From: the human T2T-CHM13v2.0 reference genome, Homo sapiens
DNA length: 64,000 bases
Strand: one strand, 5' to 3'
Assembly (NCBI RefSeq): GCF_009914755.1
Contig: NC_060947.1
Shown: piece after piece, positions 14,662 through 32,800 of the stretch
Position numbering within the stretch: the stretch's first letter is position 1
Layout: each line of letters opens with the position of its first letter
Notes under the pieces: generated by a model
What the model was told of the DNA's origin: nothing
The model's input: the letters and a program-made list of their open reading frames with translations, nothing else
Databases searched by the model: none
Program-made: the position numbers and the translations under genes

Positions 14662-15500
14662 AGAATTCATTTCTTTTTTTTCCTCCAGAATGAGTATAGG
14701 AAAAAAAAAAAAAAAACTTTACTTTCTAAAACAGAGGTAGCCACAGGTTTCTAAGTAGTGACTGGACGTCTTAGAGAAAATGGTGTTCAGATGACATGAA
14801 CTTGGTTTTGAGAACCATCGTAATGCAAGAAGCACTCTCCTTAGGGTCCGGGTGTTGGCTGAGACTCATATAGAAGTAAAGTGCTCTGAAGGCTTTCTTT
14901 GTATCTGTTTCTTTTGCTGTGGAGCTTCCCTACTGCCCCAGTTTTGTACTAAAGTTTTAGTAAAGGTCAAACCGGGCTGCTCAAATGTATAGAATAAATT
15001 GCATTTGACATCAGTCACAATTACCAATTCATCTATTCAGTCAACTACATATCAAGTGATTACTATTAATATATATCTGTCAATGTTTTAGGTGCTGGGG
15101 ATAGAGCAGTGACAGAAAAGTCACTATCCTCAGAGTGGTTTCATTCTAAGGGAGGGGAGATTGAAAACAGAAACAAAGCAAGCAAGGGAAAACAAATGAA
15201 GGAGGTGTTGATATGGGGACTCTGGGGGTGGGTCAAGGCTAAAGTTGCTCTTTTATTTAGAGGGGTAGGGAGGGCCTCTCTGATGAGGTGACATTGGAGC
15301 AGTGACCAATCAGGGAAAAAGAGATCCAGACCTGACCCCCATCAGGATTTAGGCAAATGCAACTTTAAGGAAAGATGGGTGGTTAGTCACTTGTATATGC
15401 TAATGTTAATAATTAACTAAGTTTATAATTGGCCAAAAATGATTTTTGCTAAAAATATCAGGCAACTTATACTCACGTTCCACATTTTGGAATTATCTTA

Positions 15501-15875
<375 letters not shown>

Positions 15876-16514
15876 ATGTGGACATAGATTGATGCGTAAA
15901 GATGTCCATGACAACTTTATTTTAAAAAGAAAAAAATTAAGTTCGTGAGAAATGTGCTTCTTTCCCTGACCTTCCCTCCCCTCAAGGCTCCAGTGGGCGT
16001 GTCTCCTCTGTCACGCCAAAGCTCTGGGGGCTTTTCTATGTGGTTGTGTTTTGTATTGAGGAAGACTTGCCTGTTTACCTGCCTACTTCTGCCCATTTGA
16101 CACCGAGCTCCTTCAGGGCAGGGACTCTGTCGCATTCAGCGCCTCTCATGGCATCTGGCACATCACCATAAGCACCCTATATATGTTAGATAAGATATTG
16201 GTCAAATGCTTTCTGGAATATTTACAGATGGAATACTATGCAGCCATTACAAATTGTTTTCACAAAAAAAAGACAAAAAATGATATTAAGTATAAAAAGC
16301 AGGCTATAAAACTATAAATACAGAATGACCTTCTTATCAGAGACCAAAATTAAAGGCTGTTTCTGAGAATGTCTGTCTTCTCTTTATATTTTGTATTTTC
16401 TACTTTGGGCATAAATATTCGCTTCATATTCAGAAAAAAAGTTATCTAAAAATTCTCAAGGTGACTTTGTTCTACATTTGAGCCTACAGTCACCACTCTG
16501 GTGCTCTAAACATT

Positions 16515-17176
<662 letters not shown>

Positions 17177-17644
17177 TGACACTTTCATCGACAGGCCCAT
17201 CCTCAGCATGTGAAGTGTCCTCAATTACCCTGAAAGTTGTCACCCTCAGCTGTACCGTTTTGTCTTCCTCATCACCCCTCCCAGATTCTCAGCACCACAT
17301 GCGTCCCTATCAAAGCAGATTAGTTCTACCTTCAGGCCTGAAGCTTCCTCTGATAATTCCTCTTTCAATTCATGTCCTTCTCCTCTTTCCAGATTCACTT
17401 CCTCCAAGAAGACTGCCCTGATTGAGAACAAAGAACATTTTCTGAGAGCTGCCTTGGGATGACAGCAGGGAAATGAGCAGGCATTTCATACAGGCATCCG
17501 TTTACTCCCTATTCATCTATTTCCCTTCGGCATTCAAGGGCAGAGCTTCAGCCCCAGCCAAATTCTTGGTTTTCTCAGATTGACTCTAAGAAATATTCAT
17601 GAAGCTTGAAAAGAATCTGCTGTATGTCTCCTAAGACATCGCTG

Positions 17645-17953
17645 TTTGTTTTTTTTTTTTTTTTTTTTTTGAGACAGGGTTTCACTCCAGTCACCCAGGC
17701 TGAGGTGCATTGGCACAATCTCGGCTCACCGCAACCTCCACCTCCCAGATTCAAGCAATTCTCGTGCTTCAGCCTCCCACATAGCTGGGATTATAGGCGT
17801 GCACCACCATATCCGGCTAATTTTTTGTATTTTAGTAGAGACAGGGTTTTACCATGTTGGCCAGGCTGGTTTCGAACTCCTGAGCTCAGGCAATCCACCC
17901 ACCTTGGCCTCCCAAAGTGCTGAGATTATAGGCATGAGTCACCTCGCCTGGCC
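17645..17953 (-). mobile_element. AluS, TSD agacatc(g/t)ctgttt
   Basis: Antisense Alu dimer with flanking repeat. Confidence 0.9.
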
Positions 17954-18060
17954 AGACATCTCTGTTTTTCTTTGGGGGAAATAACCTTGGAAATGTTATT
18001 GATTTCTTCATGTTTTTTCGTTTGGTTTCAGGATGGCTTTTACCAGCTGGGTTAGTTTAA

Positions 18061-18812
<752 letters not shown>

Positions 18813-19212
18813 TAGCTTTCTGGAGAACTGGTAATATTCTATGGGGTGGGTGGGAACAGGGAGCATTCAAGACTAAAATGACATTGTTACATAATTATCT
18901 GCATAATTTAATTAAACTTGTTGCCACTTAAAGAGAACAGCTCCATGAAGCTGGTTTGCCAGGAATTCAGTTTTTTTATTTTTGTTTTTGTTTTCTTTTT
19001 CCTCAGAAAATTCTAGCTACAACCTACTACATCACCTTGTTCTGTTGTTTGGTTGAAATAAGTTATCACCTATTGCTCCAACAAGAAAAAAGGAAGAGCC
19101 CATTTTATTGTGAATTCCAAATTCACAAACACAATGAGCACCCCGTCATTTGTGGGAAGGGGCTGCCCCCACAGCCACTTCAATTTGGGATCAATTCAAA
19201 AGACATGAAATA

Positions 19213-19547
<335 letters not shown>

Positions 19548-20205
19548 TCATGGATTCTTGTCAGTTGCACAGGCTGCCTCTGCTCCACATGTTGGGAACC
19601 AAGCCTTGGTGACCCTAGGAATAGGACTAGGAGTGACAGGAAAAGTTCATCCCCTTAAGAGACCTGGTCCCTGCCTGTCCTTACACCACTGATATTTATT
19701 TCTGGCTTGGCCATTGTGCTCCTTCACTCGTGCTAATTTTGGGCACAGCATCTTCTTCCCTGGGCTTAGGTCCTAAGTGCCAAGGCTTCCCTCTGTCGGA
19801 TGCCACAATCAGTCACGCTGAATGCCGGTCACCCACGCATGCGTGCTTTGTTACGGTTCTTGTTTGTACAAAATCAAAGAGGGAAGCTTTCACCAAGCCC
19901 CCTTGGTGCCAAAACATCTCGATGTTAATTTGTGCTAAAATAACTAGAGGACTAAAACCTAATCTCATACCACAAAAAGGAGACCAGGATGACCTCGCGT
20001 TACAATACAAAGGCCTTTGTGGGACCTGGGGATTATTTTTATACAGACAGTGGCAAATTTGAGCAATAAATTATACATCCTGCAGTTTTCCCATCAAGGA
20101 GCGGGTTATGAAAGGAAAGAAAACCCTGCCACTAATAAGCAAAGACACGTGTGAGGATACATACAGGATGTCCTTATGGAAGAAAACAAATCATGTACTT
20201 GAGTG

Positions 20206-20550
<345 letters not shown>

Positions 20551-20872
20551 TTACACAGTTATTTGAATAATGATGACTTAAAATTTTTTACACTAAAAAA
20601 GAATTTATACCTAACTGGCATTTTCTGATTAGATATGAGTATAAAACTGAACAATTTAAAAAACAGAATTCACAGGCACAGATTTCACAGATTATTTCTG
20701 TTCACTTGGGAAAGATGGGGGAGAGGCACTATATTCCATGTCTTCTAAAGATATTTCTATAAGAGAAATCAAATTGTATAAAGTGGAGAAAAATGGTATT
20801 CCAAAAAAAAAAAAAAATCATTCCTCTTGGACCATGACAACTTTGAACAAAACTATTCTCACAAAATTTCAT

Positions 20873-20878
20873 TTTAAT
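20873..20878 (-). terminator. Distal polyadenylation signal ATTAAA
   Basis: Plus-strand tttaat; followed on the minus strand by U/GU-rich sequence and a U-run. Confidence 0.6.
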
Positions 20879-22962
20879 CATCTTCTTTACAAAGCACAAT
20901 ACTTAAGACTTTTCTAAATACAACTTTATAAAATGAAGCAAAAAAATAATCTCCATAGATGCCTGGTCGAGTCCATGCTGAATGCAAAATAATTTTTTTT
21001 TTTTTCAAAAGTGATACTTCCAAGCTTTTCAACATTCTCGATGGGTCCATTTTGTAAAGAGTAAAGATGGTGGCAGTTTGGGTAGCGGCTCGTCCAGTTC
21101 CTTGATGCAGAATCCTCTTGCTGGGTAGCCCGAGGGGCCGCAATGAAGCTAGACATACCAACTTCTCCTTCCAGAATCACTTCTCCCTCTCCTTATACAA
21201 AGGAAGCCAATGGCCTCTATGAGGGGGAAGACATCAGCTCTCTACATTCCATGTTGCCAGTGTTCCATGAGGGTGTTCCAACCGCTCAATTTCATCAACA
21301 ATCCTACTCTGTATACACATTATATAAAACTATATAATTAGGGATTTTCATAAGTAAATGAGAAATTTGAACATCAAAGAATCCAATCTGCATTCTTAGA
21401 TCATTAGGTCGTGGGGAATCTCTGGAATCTTCAAGTTTAACGCAGAAATGCTTATAACTGTCAAGGGGTACAGGGATGTTTTACGCTGCTCTTGGGAACC
21501 TGGCACTCCTGACCCCAAGCACACTGAACCCGAGGCTGCTGAAAAGGCAATATATCCAGGGATGGGAATGGAGGGTATGAGGTTTCCTTCCTTATACACT
21601 CCCTTCCCTTAATTATGCCCCCACCCAGGAAGACCAAGGTGTTTGGGCTCCTTAAATACTCGGAGGGAAATAACAGCCTCAAGTAGCAAGGATGAGCACA
21701 TAGGTTAAGAGGAAGGCAGGGGGAGGAAGGGAGGAAGAGAAAGGAAGAGACATTTATTTGTAATACTATCAATGATCAGTAATGTGATTTTTTGTTTTTG
21801 CATCACTTCTTCGGTATTATCAACTCTCATTCTTTGTGGCTGTGCAAATCTATTAATGTTTAGTAGTTTCACTATTAAACTCAGGAAAGAGACAAAGCAG
21901 CTTTTGAGAAACACATCCAACATCTTCAGGGGCCATTAAGGGACCACCCCCTCCACCCCTACCCCTGAACAGTCTCGCAATACAGTAGGCCCCTCATTTT
22001 CAGCTAAGGATGAGAAAACAGTTACATAGTCTAAGGCTGAACTGTTCATGTACTACAAAGATAAAGCGGACAGGCAAACATCAGTTTCCTTGGGAAAGAA
22101 AAAGCAACTCCATAAATGCAAGAAAGTTCCAGTGGCTACACTTCAACATGACCCTCCTCCCATTCTCTTGGACCTGAGGAAGGGGTTACAAGTGAGCAAG
22201 GCAAATGACATTATGTGAATACAGTTTAAACGATAACACACACGGGTAACCCAGTGCAGGAAATAATACAACTTTCCCTCCCTTGTTTTCATTTGCATTT
22301 TACTTTTATTTATTTTTGCTTTAATAATGCATATTCTGTTCACGCAAAAGGTGCAAAGGACAGAAAGCAGGGGTTTAACTTGGCTGATGAAAAATCAAGC
22401 AGGATGACATTTCTAGTTTCATGAACAACCTAAAACTAGGAGAAATAGAAAAGTCACAGCTGGTACCACAGAGCACGCCCAACTTCACAGCTGTCTCCTC
22501 TTAGGACCTTTGGCTAGGGTGAGAGAAGCTTTGAAGACAGTGGCCTCTAGTGGACTTGGATAAGTGGCAGATTTTTTTTTTTTAATTTTTAATTTTTTTG
22601 AATCATGGTAGCTGCATCACAAAAGCTCCAATCAAGAGGGTGGTAAAAAGAAGGCACAGATCATTGCAAATACCAGATTTTCTCTTTCTCTTTTTGTAAA
22701 TATACCGTCATATATAAGCTAAAATTTCTCTTAGGGTGGTGGGGTTTGCTGGCAGGGAAAGGGACAGGTTGAACCTACAATTGCATATGTAATAGAATCC
22801 TAATGGGGGGACAAAGAGCGAGGCAGCTCTTAGCCTGAAGCAAAAGAAAAGGACACTCGCTTCTGACTACGTGTAGTACAAACACTAGGGAAGTCTGTGA
22901 CAAAACACGATTAAAAAATCATAAAATTATAAAGCTTGTAAACGAATAATCTGAAATTACAT

Positions 22963-22968
22963 TTTATT
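22963..22968 (-). terminator. Proximal polyadenylation signal AATAAA
   Basis: Plus-strand tttatt about 330 nt after the stop; U/GU-rich downstream element (ttttatgattttttaatcgtgttttg). Confidence 0.6.
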
Positions 22969-23295
22969 AATGGAAAATATCATCAAAATAGTACCACTAT
23001 GGACTAAACTGCCTGAGTTTTCATTTCGCATTGAGATCTCAGAGTAGAAAAGCCTTTAGCACAATTTTGCTCTGTGTAAGTCACAACGAGTGCCAGCCCC
23101 AGGACTAAACCCTGGGGAAGATTCTCCTCTTGGATGGAATTTGTGTTGTGCTATCAAGACTTTTGTGCTAATCTTTCAAACAGGGACATTTTGAGGCAAA
23201 CCTTTAATCTTTTGGCACAAGATTATTTTGGCTGGGGCAGAAAATTTGAGTCTCGGACTCAGGATGAATAATGTGACATTTCATTGATCAAGTAT

Positions 23296-23337
23296 TCATT
23301 TTGATTGTAGAGCTTTCTTTATGTCGTTCACTTCCAT
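23296..23337 (-). CDS. SH3KBP1: SH3KBP1 (CIN85) last coding exon, MEVNDIKKALQSK*
   Basis: Acceptor tttctctttctag|ATG; TGA at 23298-23296; matches the CIN85 C-terminus. Confidence 0.96.
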   Translation of the reverse strand: MEVNDIKKALQSK

Positions 23338-24053
23338 CTAGAAAGAGAAAAATAAGAATGGAACAAAGTCATAATGAATCGGCTGGTTTTATAGAAGCTG
23401 AAAGATTATCAACCCGGTCGACTGAAAGAAAACAATCAATCTGACAATTTTAAAGGTGACATGACATCTGAATAGACAATCAACAGCAATGCCAGAAGTG
23501 ACATCAACACAGAACAGGCACACAGACACGAGGCACTAGGAAATGGTGCACATTTTGATTCTCAGGCTGCCAGGCTGCAAAGTTTGTCAAAAGCAGCAAT
23601 AATTCCAGTTTCTTAGCCAGAGGGTAGAGCAGGCGGTCCTAACAGGCGGGGCCATCTGGCAGTGTTGGAAGGCAGCTGTGGTTGGCTCAAGGGGGTGTCT
23701 GTCAGCACCCCCAAAATGATGGCAAGCAGCTACCTATCCTTTGTTAAGCAGCATGGGTCCCCATCACCACAAGGGCGCCAACTGGATGAAAGCTGAAAGT
23801 CTACCTTCGGTCAATCAGAACTCCCACGCATTCTCTGCCATTTGGTAACAGCAGTGTTGAATCAGAGGCTACAGGGGACAGAGCTCTAACGCCCTGGCAG
23901 GACAGAAATGGCCATCACTGAGAAATCAAGAGCAAATGCCCCCGAACATGGACAGCTGTGGCCCCTGGAGCCATAGTGACCACATATAATGAGGCCTCTT
24001 GGAAATGGAGGTGGGAGAGGGGCTTTTCGCAGAGATGTTTAAGATAAATTCCA

Positions 24054-24399
<346 letters not shown>

Positions 24400-24595
24400 C
24401 TAATGTTTCCCTTCCCCAAGACTTCCTGGGGAAACGATATGTAGTAAGCCCATACGATTCTAAGAAGATGGTCACAGGAAATGTATCCAGATCTGCAGAG
24501 AGGTGACAATCATTTATTTTTGAAATAAAAGCCCTCACAATGTCCTGCCCCACTGAGCCTAGGACTCACGGGCAGCAGAACCCAAAGGGACGCAC

Positions 24596-24659
24596 CTGCA
24601 ACCGAAGCCGGATTTTCTTCTCTTCATCCAACTCAGACAATAACTGTTTAATCTCTCGT
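24596..24659 (-). CDS. SH3KBP1: SH3KBP1 penultimate exon, 64 nt, (K)REIKQLLSELDEEKKIRLRLQ, coiled coil
   Basis: ttttcag|A...CAG|gtgcgt; phase 2 to phase 0 fits both neighbours. Confidence 0.96.
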
Positions 24660-25092
24660 CTGAAAAGCAAATGGCAATGAAATTAACCAAAATCCCAGAC
24701 TTCCTTCATCAGAGATCAGAAATCTCTTATTATGACTACAAAATCCATCTGATCCTTTTTTACAAAGAAACTGTGGACAACACATCATTATTTTCTTTGC
24801 ATTGTTACTGCTTAAAATTTGTTTCAGACAGTAAGGCTCACCATTATTCTGGGGCCCCTAAAATATGTAGCCAGCAACTGGTGGGTGCGGAAGTGACCTC
24901 TGAAATCCCTTAGTCCAAACTTCTCTCAAAAGGATAAGATGGGGAAACAGAGGCCCAGCGTGGTGGCCTGACTTGCCCAATTACTAGACTTCACGTAACC
25001 TGTCAGAATATGACAGGTTCATATTCTGTCATCTTCCCCATAACCATTCCTTTATTACAAAATCACTGGGCTTTAAATGTACTTATTACAAT

Positions 25093-25799
<707 letters not shown>

Positions 25800-27758
25800 T
25801 GAAAGGTTACTGGTACGTTTTCATGGATTCTCATAAAATCCTACACAGTAAGTCCCAAAAACTTGGGGGTAAAATAATTGGAGTAATGGTATGGCAATCA
25901 TGTCTTAGAGAAACTGGCATGACTTAGGATCCACGGCCTAATGCCCTTTCCAACATTAAAAATAATGAAGTGCACAGCACTAACCATCCCACAAAGTTAG
26001 GGCTCTATACTTAGGACACTGCAAGCATCCAAACACTGGGCAGAGAGCTGTCCTCCATTTTCAGGTATCCAACACTCCATTTTACATGCATATTTTTACA
26101 GACTGGATTGGAAAATCAAGAAACAAAGATGCCTGAGACACCACAGTAAAATAAGGTGGAAGTTATATTGCATTTTCTCACTTCGGATGAGCACGATGAT
26201 GGTCCCTATTCTCTGGGGCAGTGTCCCAGCTCTGCTGTCAACATACTGGGTTTATATCACAACGAATATGAACCAGTTGTGATTCATTACTGTATTTATT
26301 TAAGCGCACATCATGCACCCATATCTCAGTGGGTACTACTTAGGGATTAGGAAGGAAGAAGGTGAGACTCCAAGCAAATGCTCCAACCCCAGGAGACTGG
26401 CAGGCAAAGCCTCAAGCAGTCCAGCTGTGGGGAGTTAATTGGGGAAAGCAGTCCAAAGAAAGTCACTAAGTCTTGAACTAGTGAAATGAAAATGAGCGTA
26501 AGTCTATGAGGAGGAAGAAACACAGGGGAATTGACAGAGAAAAGCCAGAGAAAAGCAGGGAGGTGAGAACCAGCTTATTTGGGGATAAGGAGAGCTGGTG
26601 TGGACTTGAGTTGAAGGCTAACAGGAAACTGACATGAAGGACTAATACAAGAGACTAGTAGGGACCCACTGACCCTGGGCACGAAGGCCAGACTGACGTA
26701 GGCAGCAAAAGGCAGGCCTTGGAAGAGAGGCCACTGTGGGGTGTTGACTCAAGAGATGTTGGCCGGGGAAAGACAATTCCCACCAACTATTTGCAGGCTT
26801 CACAGTGGGGGAGAAACATGGTGTGGCAGCCCGGAAGCACAGGGCATTTCAGATGTTGCAGGCACCTCTCATAGGGTCCAAACAGCTAAAGCCCTGAATT
26901 CAAGCCAGTCTGATGCCATGATGGTCCTGTTCAGAAGGCAAGAACCAATGCTCTGGGGTATCCTGGGGCCTCTGTGATGTCCTGTCTAGGAAAGGGACAC
27001 AGGTCACCTGGACGTGGATGGGGCCTTTGGGTACCTAAATGAGTAACCTCCAGAGCCAGATAGGAGCTGGGGACTTTAAGGGGTTAGAGGTAGCCTGGCT
27101 GGCCCCAGGATTCCTTCTCAAGTACCATCTGTCAGTCCTGTATATTAATCTGATGGATCTCTTCCAGGCTGGGGTAAGTCCAAGAGGCTTCAATTCCCTC
27201 CCAGCCTGAGTGGAACAGAACCCGCTTAGAGCCACATTACTCAAAGCGAATTCCATGGAACCCTCATCCTAGGATGCTCTGGAAAAAAAAGGTTCTGTGA
27301 TTAAGCAGGTGTGGGACACCTTGCATATGCTATCCTCTCCATCCTCCCAATGCAAAGCGAAGGCTCTGAAGAGCCCTTCAGAAAAGAACTTAAGTTTGCT
27401 TAACCGAGTTATCCCCCAAAAGTGACCACAAAACACATTAGGGCCCTCAAGCCACGTAGAGGGAGGCAGGTGACAGGGCTTCTGCTGACCCCAGACTGGC
27501 AGAGGGCTTCATCGCTGTAAGTCTCTGGCTGCATCTCCTGTCACCACCCCAGGCACCTCCAATCCAAGGAGGCCAGTCACCTGGGGATGTGTTGACCTCA
27601 CCAGGCTGCCCCGTGTGGCCAGGAATCAACATGATGTTTTCGCTGCTGGAGTAGTGTGCTCTTGGCAATCCTAAATCATCGTTCAAAATCCTACCCGGGA
27701 AATAACTCTTTGAGATGCCTCCCTTGATTCTCTCAAGAAACAGCTAACTGATCCCTAA

Positions 27759-28213
<455 letters not shown>

Positions 28214-28803
28214 TAGAGATGTGGCGAGAGTGTGTGTGCAGCCATGCAGGAAGAAAGACCCCCACTGCCCCGCCCCGCCCACTGCAGTCTCATGGTGAGA
28301 ACATCTTACTGAGTGTAAAATCTTGGGCTTCAAGATTCCCTACATCTTCTTCATACATTACTGGTACCTCAATGCAGGCCAACTGCTTCATCTGGCAGCT
28401 AAGTGAAGAAATTGCCATTTTTCTGTTGCAAGAGGAAAAGCTAGCTGTTGAGCTTATTTAAGAAGTGGTTCATGTACATACTGTATTTTATGGGGGATTT
28501 AAATGCTTTTCTTCTTAGCAGCCTGCTGAGAGCATCAGTCCCTGCAATGGACTCATCCCTCTATGCCCCATGGCCAGCCTGTGCCCTTCCTGCACACAGT
28601 AAGTCCAGCAAAAACATGCAGCATAATTTAGGTATAAATTAAGACTCTCGGGGTCTACACGCACTCCCACCATTGCTGCCACCATCAACGGGGAGACCAG
28701 GCCCGCCCTCCAAGGCAGGCTGGGATCCATGCTTTCAGAACTAGGTGCTGGCCTGGCAGAGAGCAACCTGGGTGACGGCCCCCAAGAGTCCCCAGGCACT
28801 CAC

Positions 28804-29072
28804 TTCTGCTGGTCCTTCATGGTCTCGATGATGCTCCTCAGCTCGCGGACCTGTGTCCTTAGCTCCTCCACGGCCGCCTGGCTGCTGGCCGCAGGCTCCA
28901 TCTTTGGTTTTCCTTCCGTGCCGAACAGAGACGGGGAGTTGGCTCTGTGTCCAGCTGTTCCCAAAGAGGATGACAGGGGGGAGGGCGCCGCTGAGGACAG
29001 AGGGGCTGGCCCACCGCCACCTGCTGCCATGGTCCCCGGCTTGGGCGGCAGGGATGCTTTGTTGTCAGACAC
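28804..29072 (-). CDS. SH3KBP1: SH3KBP1 exon, 269 nt, [13 protein letters not shown]...RANSPSLF...[22 protein letters not shown](K)
   Basis: tcacag|GTG...AA|gtgagt; phase 0 to phase 2; Ser/Pro-rich linker and start of the coiled coil. Confidence 0.97.
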
Positions 29073-32000
29073 CTGTGACGAGGGAAGGCAGGGAGGGTTC
29101 AGGGCCGGGGATTTGTGTGCTGCGTCTTTGTCCTGGTTAGTCAAACTCTCCGTTAACACCACTGTCCCCGCCTCTCTCCACACACTCCATTCACTTGTTC
29201 CTTCATCCACAAGCCACCAAGGGCCTGCTTGGTACAGGCATTTCCCCCTTACTCACACGCCGCCTTCTATGTATTTTAAATGTGACCTTCTTTCTGGACA
29301 GAGAGTTTCCGACTGGTTCAATATACACATTGAGATGCCCAACTACTTGCCAGGCACCACAAACTCTGAAGTGAACAAGACATGCCTTAATAGGCATTCT
29401 CCTGGTCTCCAGGGAGCTCAGAACCCAGTGGGGCGCAGACAGACAGACAGACCAACGCACTGAGATGGGGGGACAACTGCACAGAGGGAGGTGAGCATAC
29501 AGAGCCCCAGAAACACAGAAAAGGGGCCAGCCATCCAGACGGGCAGGCATCGCAAGCAGGTGCTGACAGTCCCGTCTTGGAGGAGGACCAAGAAGTAGCC
29601 AGAGGAAAGGAGGGGCACTTAGAGAAAGAAGCTGCAGCGGGAGGGAACACGCCAGGCAAAGGTCTAGAGACCGCAGAGCAAAATGCATTGGTGGGAAGTA
29701 CTGCTAGACCGTCAGAGGGGGCAAGAGAGGGCCTTGGGGGCAGAGCTAAGGCTGGGAAGTACAAGCGGCTAGGCGAAAGGGTGAGAGGAGGGCACACGGT
29801 GCTGAGGACCATGCTGGCTGCAGAAAGGCTAAAGGGTTGGCAGATCTGGAGCTGGAGAGAACTGCTGGGAGAGTCTTACACAACGTAAGCTAGAAGCGGT
29901 CAGGGTTGGACCCAGGCAGTGGCTAGGAGGATAGACACAAGACAACTTTGAGTGATGTGGCGAAGGCAAGCACAGCCGACATAGAGCACCAGGCATTGTT
30001 CCCAGTGCTGGGGGCAGGAGTGGGCCAGGAGGATGGAGACCCTGCCCTCATGGAACAGACGCCTTGTGAGCAGGGAGATGTGGTCCTGGACAGGATGCAG
30101 AGGGTGGAGGAGGAAGGACAGATCAGGGACCACGGGTGTGGTGCACACACCAGGCATCGAGATTGTACCTTTCATGGGAGAAACAGCAGACTGAAGAATC
30201 AGATAATGATTTCCGTTTTTGACACATTGGATTTTAGGAGCCCTTAGTGACTGGGAAAGAGGGGAGGAAGAGGGGATGAAGCAGAAGACAGGCCTGGAGG
30301 AGAGTCCAGAAGGAACGAAGTGGTTGCATGCGTGGGTGAAGGGTGCTGAGAGGAAAACTGGGTGGAGTCCACTTGGTGGAGCCAGGGAGACAGAAAGCTG
30401 CTCCTGGCAGATGACCACCTGGATGGGAGGTGAAGGTGTGGCCTGAAAGTTTAGGACTCTCTTTCCAGAAACTTGGTTGAGGCAGGAAGACAGGAGAGAG
30501 GGAGCATGCTCATGCGGAAGCCTCAGGGGGAGGTGGGATCAGGGAAGGGTTCTGTTCACTTTCCAGGACTGGGGAGACCCTAAGCTGCATGATACGCTGA
30601 GAGAAAGAGCCAGTGAAGGGCCAGGCTGAAGGTGGAGGAGACTGGCGGGGGAGGCCTGATGGAGAAGTGTCCTGAGGAGGCCAGGAGGGCCGAGGAAGAA
30701 GGACAGTCATGGGCGAGAGAGAAGAGGGGTGCCCAGTAGGCCCCTGGGGGAGAAGGCACCAACAAGGGAGCTGGGAGGCAGGTGGCGAGGAGGGAAAAGA
30801 GTGGGACAGGATGTTGGGAGGCGGGGGCGATGAGCAGCAGGGCAGAAGTAGAGGCTGGTGGTGAAGCTTGGCAACGCGGCCGTGAGGCTCCCTCCAGCAG
30901 CAGGTACCCAGCAGGCTACCCCAGCGCAGGAGCCAAAAGGGGCTTGGCTGGCATGGCGAGGAGGCAGAGTCTGGATTCAGGCTGTGCTAGAGGGAGAGAC
31001 TGGGCAGAGAAAGCCAAAAGCAGATGGGCCATCATTCCCAGCCTCTCTGCTCGCCTTTTTTCTGCCAAGTTACCATTGAGGAAAAGTGCTCTCTGCTGCC
31101 AGGAATAGCGCTCCGCCAGCCTGTGCTTTATCATTAGTAGGAGTCAGAGTAAGAGGGAAGAGGAACTGACATTTCTGGAGCAATGATCACATGCCGGACA
31201 CCGGCTAGACAATTTGAGCAACGATCGGTTGGCACAAGCATTTTACCAAGCAGAAAACTGAGGCTTAGAGAAGTGGCTGAGTAGTTCCCCAAGACTCATA
31301 GGTAATAACTGGCAGAACAGGGGATCAATTCCCTATCAACTGGATCCCTCAAGTCCAGCACTGTGACTGTGGCTGCCTGAGTCTGAAGATTCGCACTCTC
31401 CTGTCCTCTCCTTTGCTTGTCATCTATTCCTGGGCTTATGCCTTTTCCTGTTGCCCATCCTGCATCCTTGCGGACCTCCCATACTCCTGTGACCCACCAG
31501 TGCCTTTGCACTGACTGACTTCCAGACACTTCTTGAATCAATGCTTCTCTTGGCATTTCCTATATGACACGCTCTCCCGGCCCATTTCGGCTACTGAGCA
31601 ATTTTAAAGCCCTCACAGAGTATAGGCCACCACCCTCCCTGATCAAATTAGTTCAAGTGGAATTTCTAGAAGCACTGAAGAGCACAACATGACAACTCCG
31701 GGGAAGAGAAATAGGCTAATGGGATACAACTGTGTACATCAGAACCACGAAAACCCACTGTCCACCAGTAGATGTCACTGTAGAGACACCCCAGGGATGT
31801 CAAATGAAACTATACCTATGGTCACCAGAAAAAACGGGTCTAAATCCAACTTCTGCAGATGGAATCCTTTTATAAAGAAAGAATGCTTTGGTTTTGTGAA
31901 TAATTACAACTGATCTGTTGTATAGGATCACGTTTTGCTTACTGTATCAGATTTTTAAGAAAATCTATACATGTAAATTCTTAAATCTATGGAGAAGGAA

Positions 32001-32800
32001 AATTCCACGGTAACCTTTGATTTCTTTGTGCTATTCCTGCTTCAAGTGACTATAGTTTTCTGCTTTTAGACAGAAAGAAGTTGCTAATATTCAGAGAAAA
32101 TAATTCCAATTGACTTGGTTTTCTTAGTGGGAGAAAATGGAATTTTAAAATCTTGGTTCGTATTCACAGGGAGAGAATTTGTACAAGATGCTCCTCAAAA
32201 GTTACATGCAGTAGCTAAAAGTTAAATGTCTTCCTTGTTTCTCATAAACTAATAAAGTATCTATACTACTCTCTGGGCATGGAATAAAATTAAAGTGTTT
32301 TTAGACTATAAATTTATCATAGAATGTGACTCCAAATCAATTTTCTTTAAGAGACCACATTAGTTATTTATATTTATGATCTTCCAACTATAATTTGTGA
32401 CCAGCTTTGAACATAAAAGACAAGATCTGTGGGCAGAGGGCACAGCATTTAATATATTTAATGTCTTCTCTCTAGACGTCTCACGGCTTTTTAAATTGTT
32501 CTGGTTGTGGTGATGGTGGTAGTGTGTGAAGGTATTTGTGAACGTGTGTGTGATGGTATGAAGAGGAGATCAAACCACAAGAGAACAACATGGGAAATAA
32601 ACAACTGAACTTGTATCTCAGGGATTCTGCCTAGTTTCGGAGACTGCAACATGCCTTGGGGATTTTGATGAGTAACAGAATCGCTGTCACTGAAGAATGA
32701 CAAACACCTGCACTGTTTGTGTATCTTTGTTTGGTTTATAACCCATCATTAGCACATGCATGAAATGACAGGGACACCCTCGCCATGGCTGGTGACTCAC

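Larger units (their letters stand above)
20855..23295 (-). other. SH3KBP1: SH3KBP1 3' UTR (long form)
   Basis: No recognisable repeats from the stop codon to ATTAAA at 20878-20873. Cleavage site estimated about 20 nt downstream of the signal. Confidence 0.7.

Noticed and set aside
20874-21180. 84-95 aa minus ORFs in the distal SH3KBP1 3' UTR
   Set aside because: Non-ATG first codons, run through a poly(A/T) tract and no recognisable homology; treated as UTR.
28729-29463. 244-aa plus-strand ORF
   Set aside because: Antisense shadow of the GC-rich SH3KBP1 exon extending into old repeat-like sequence; no promoter or splice support.
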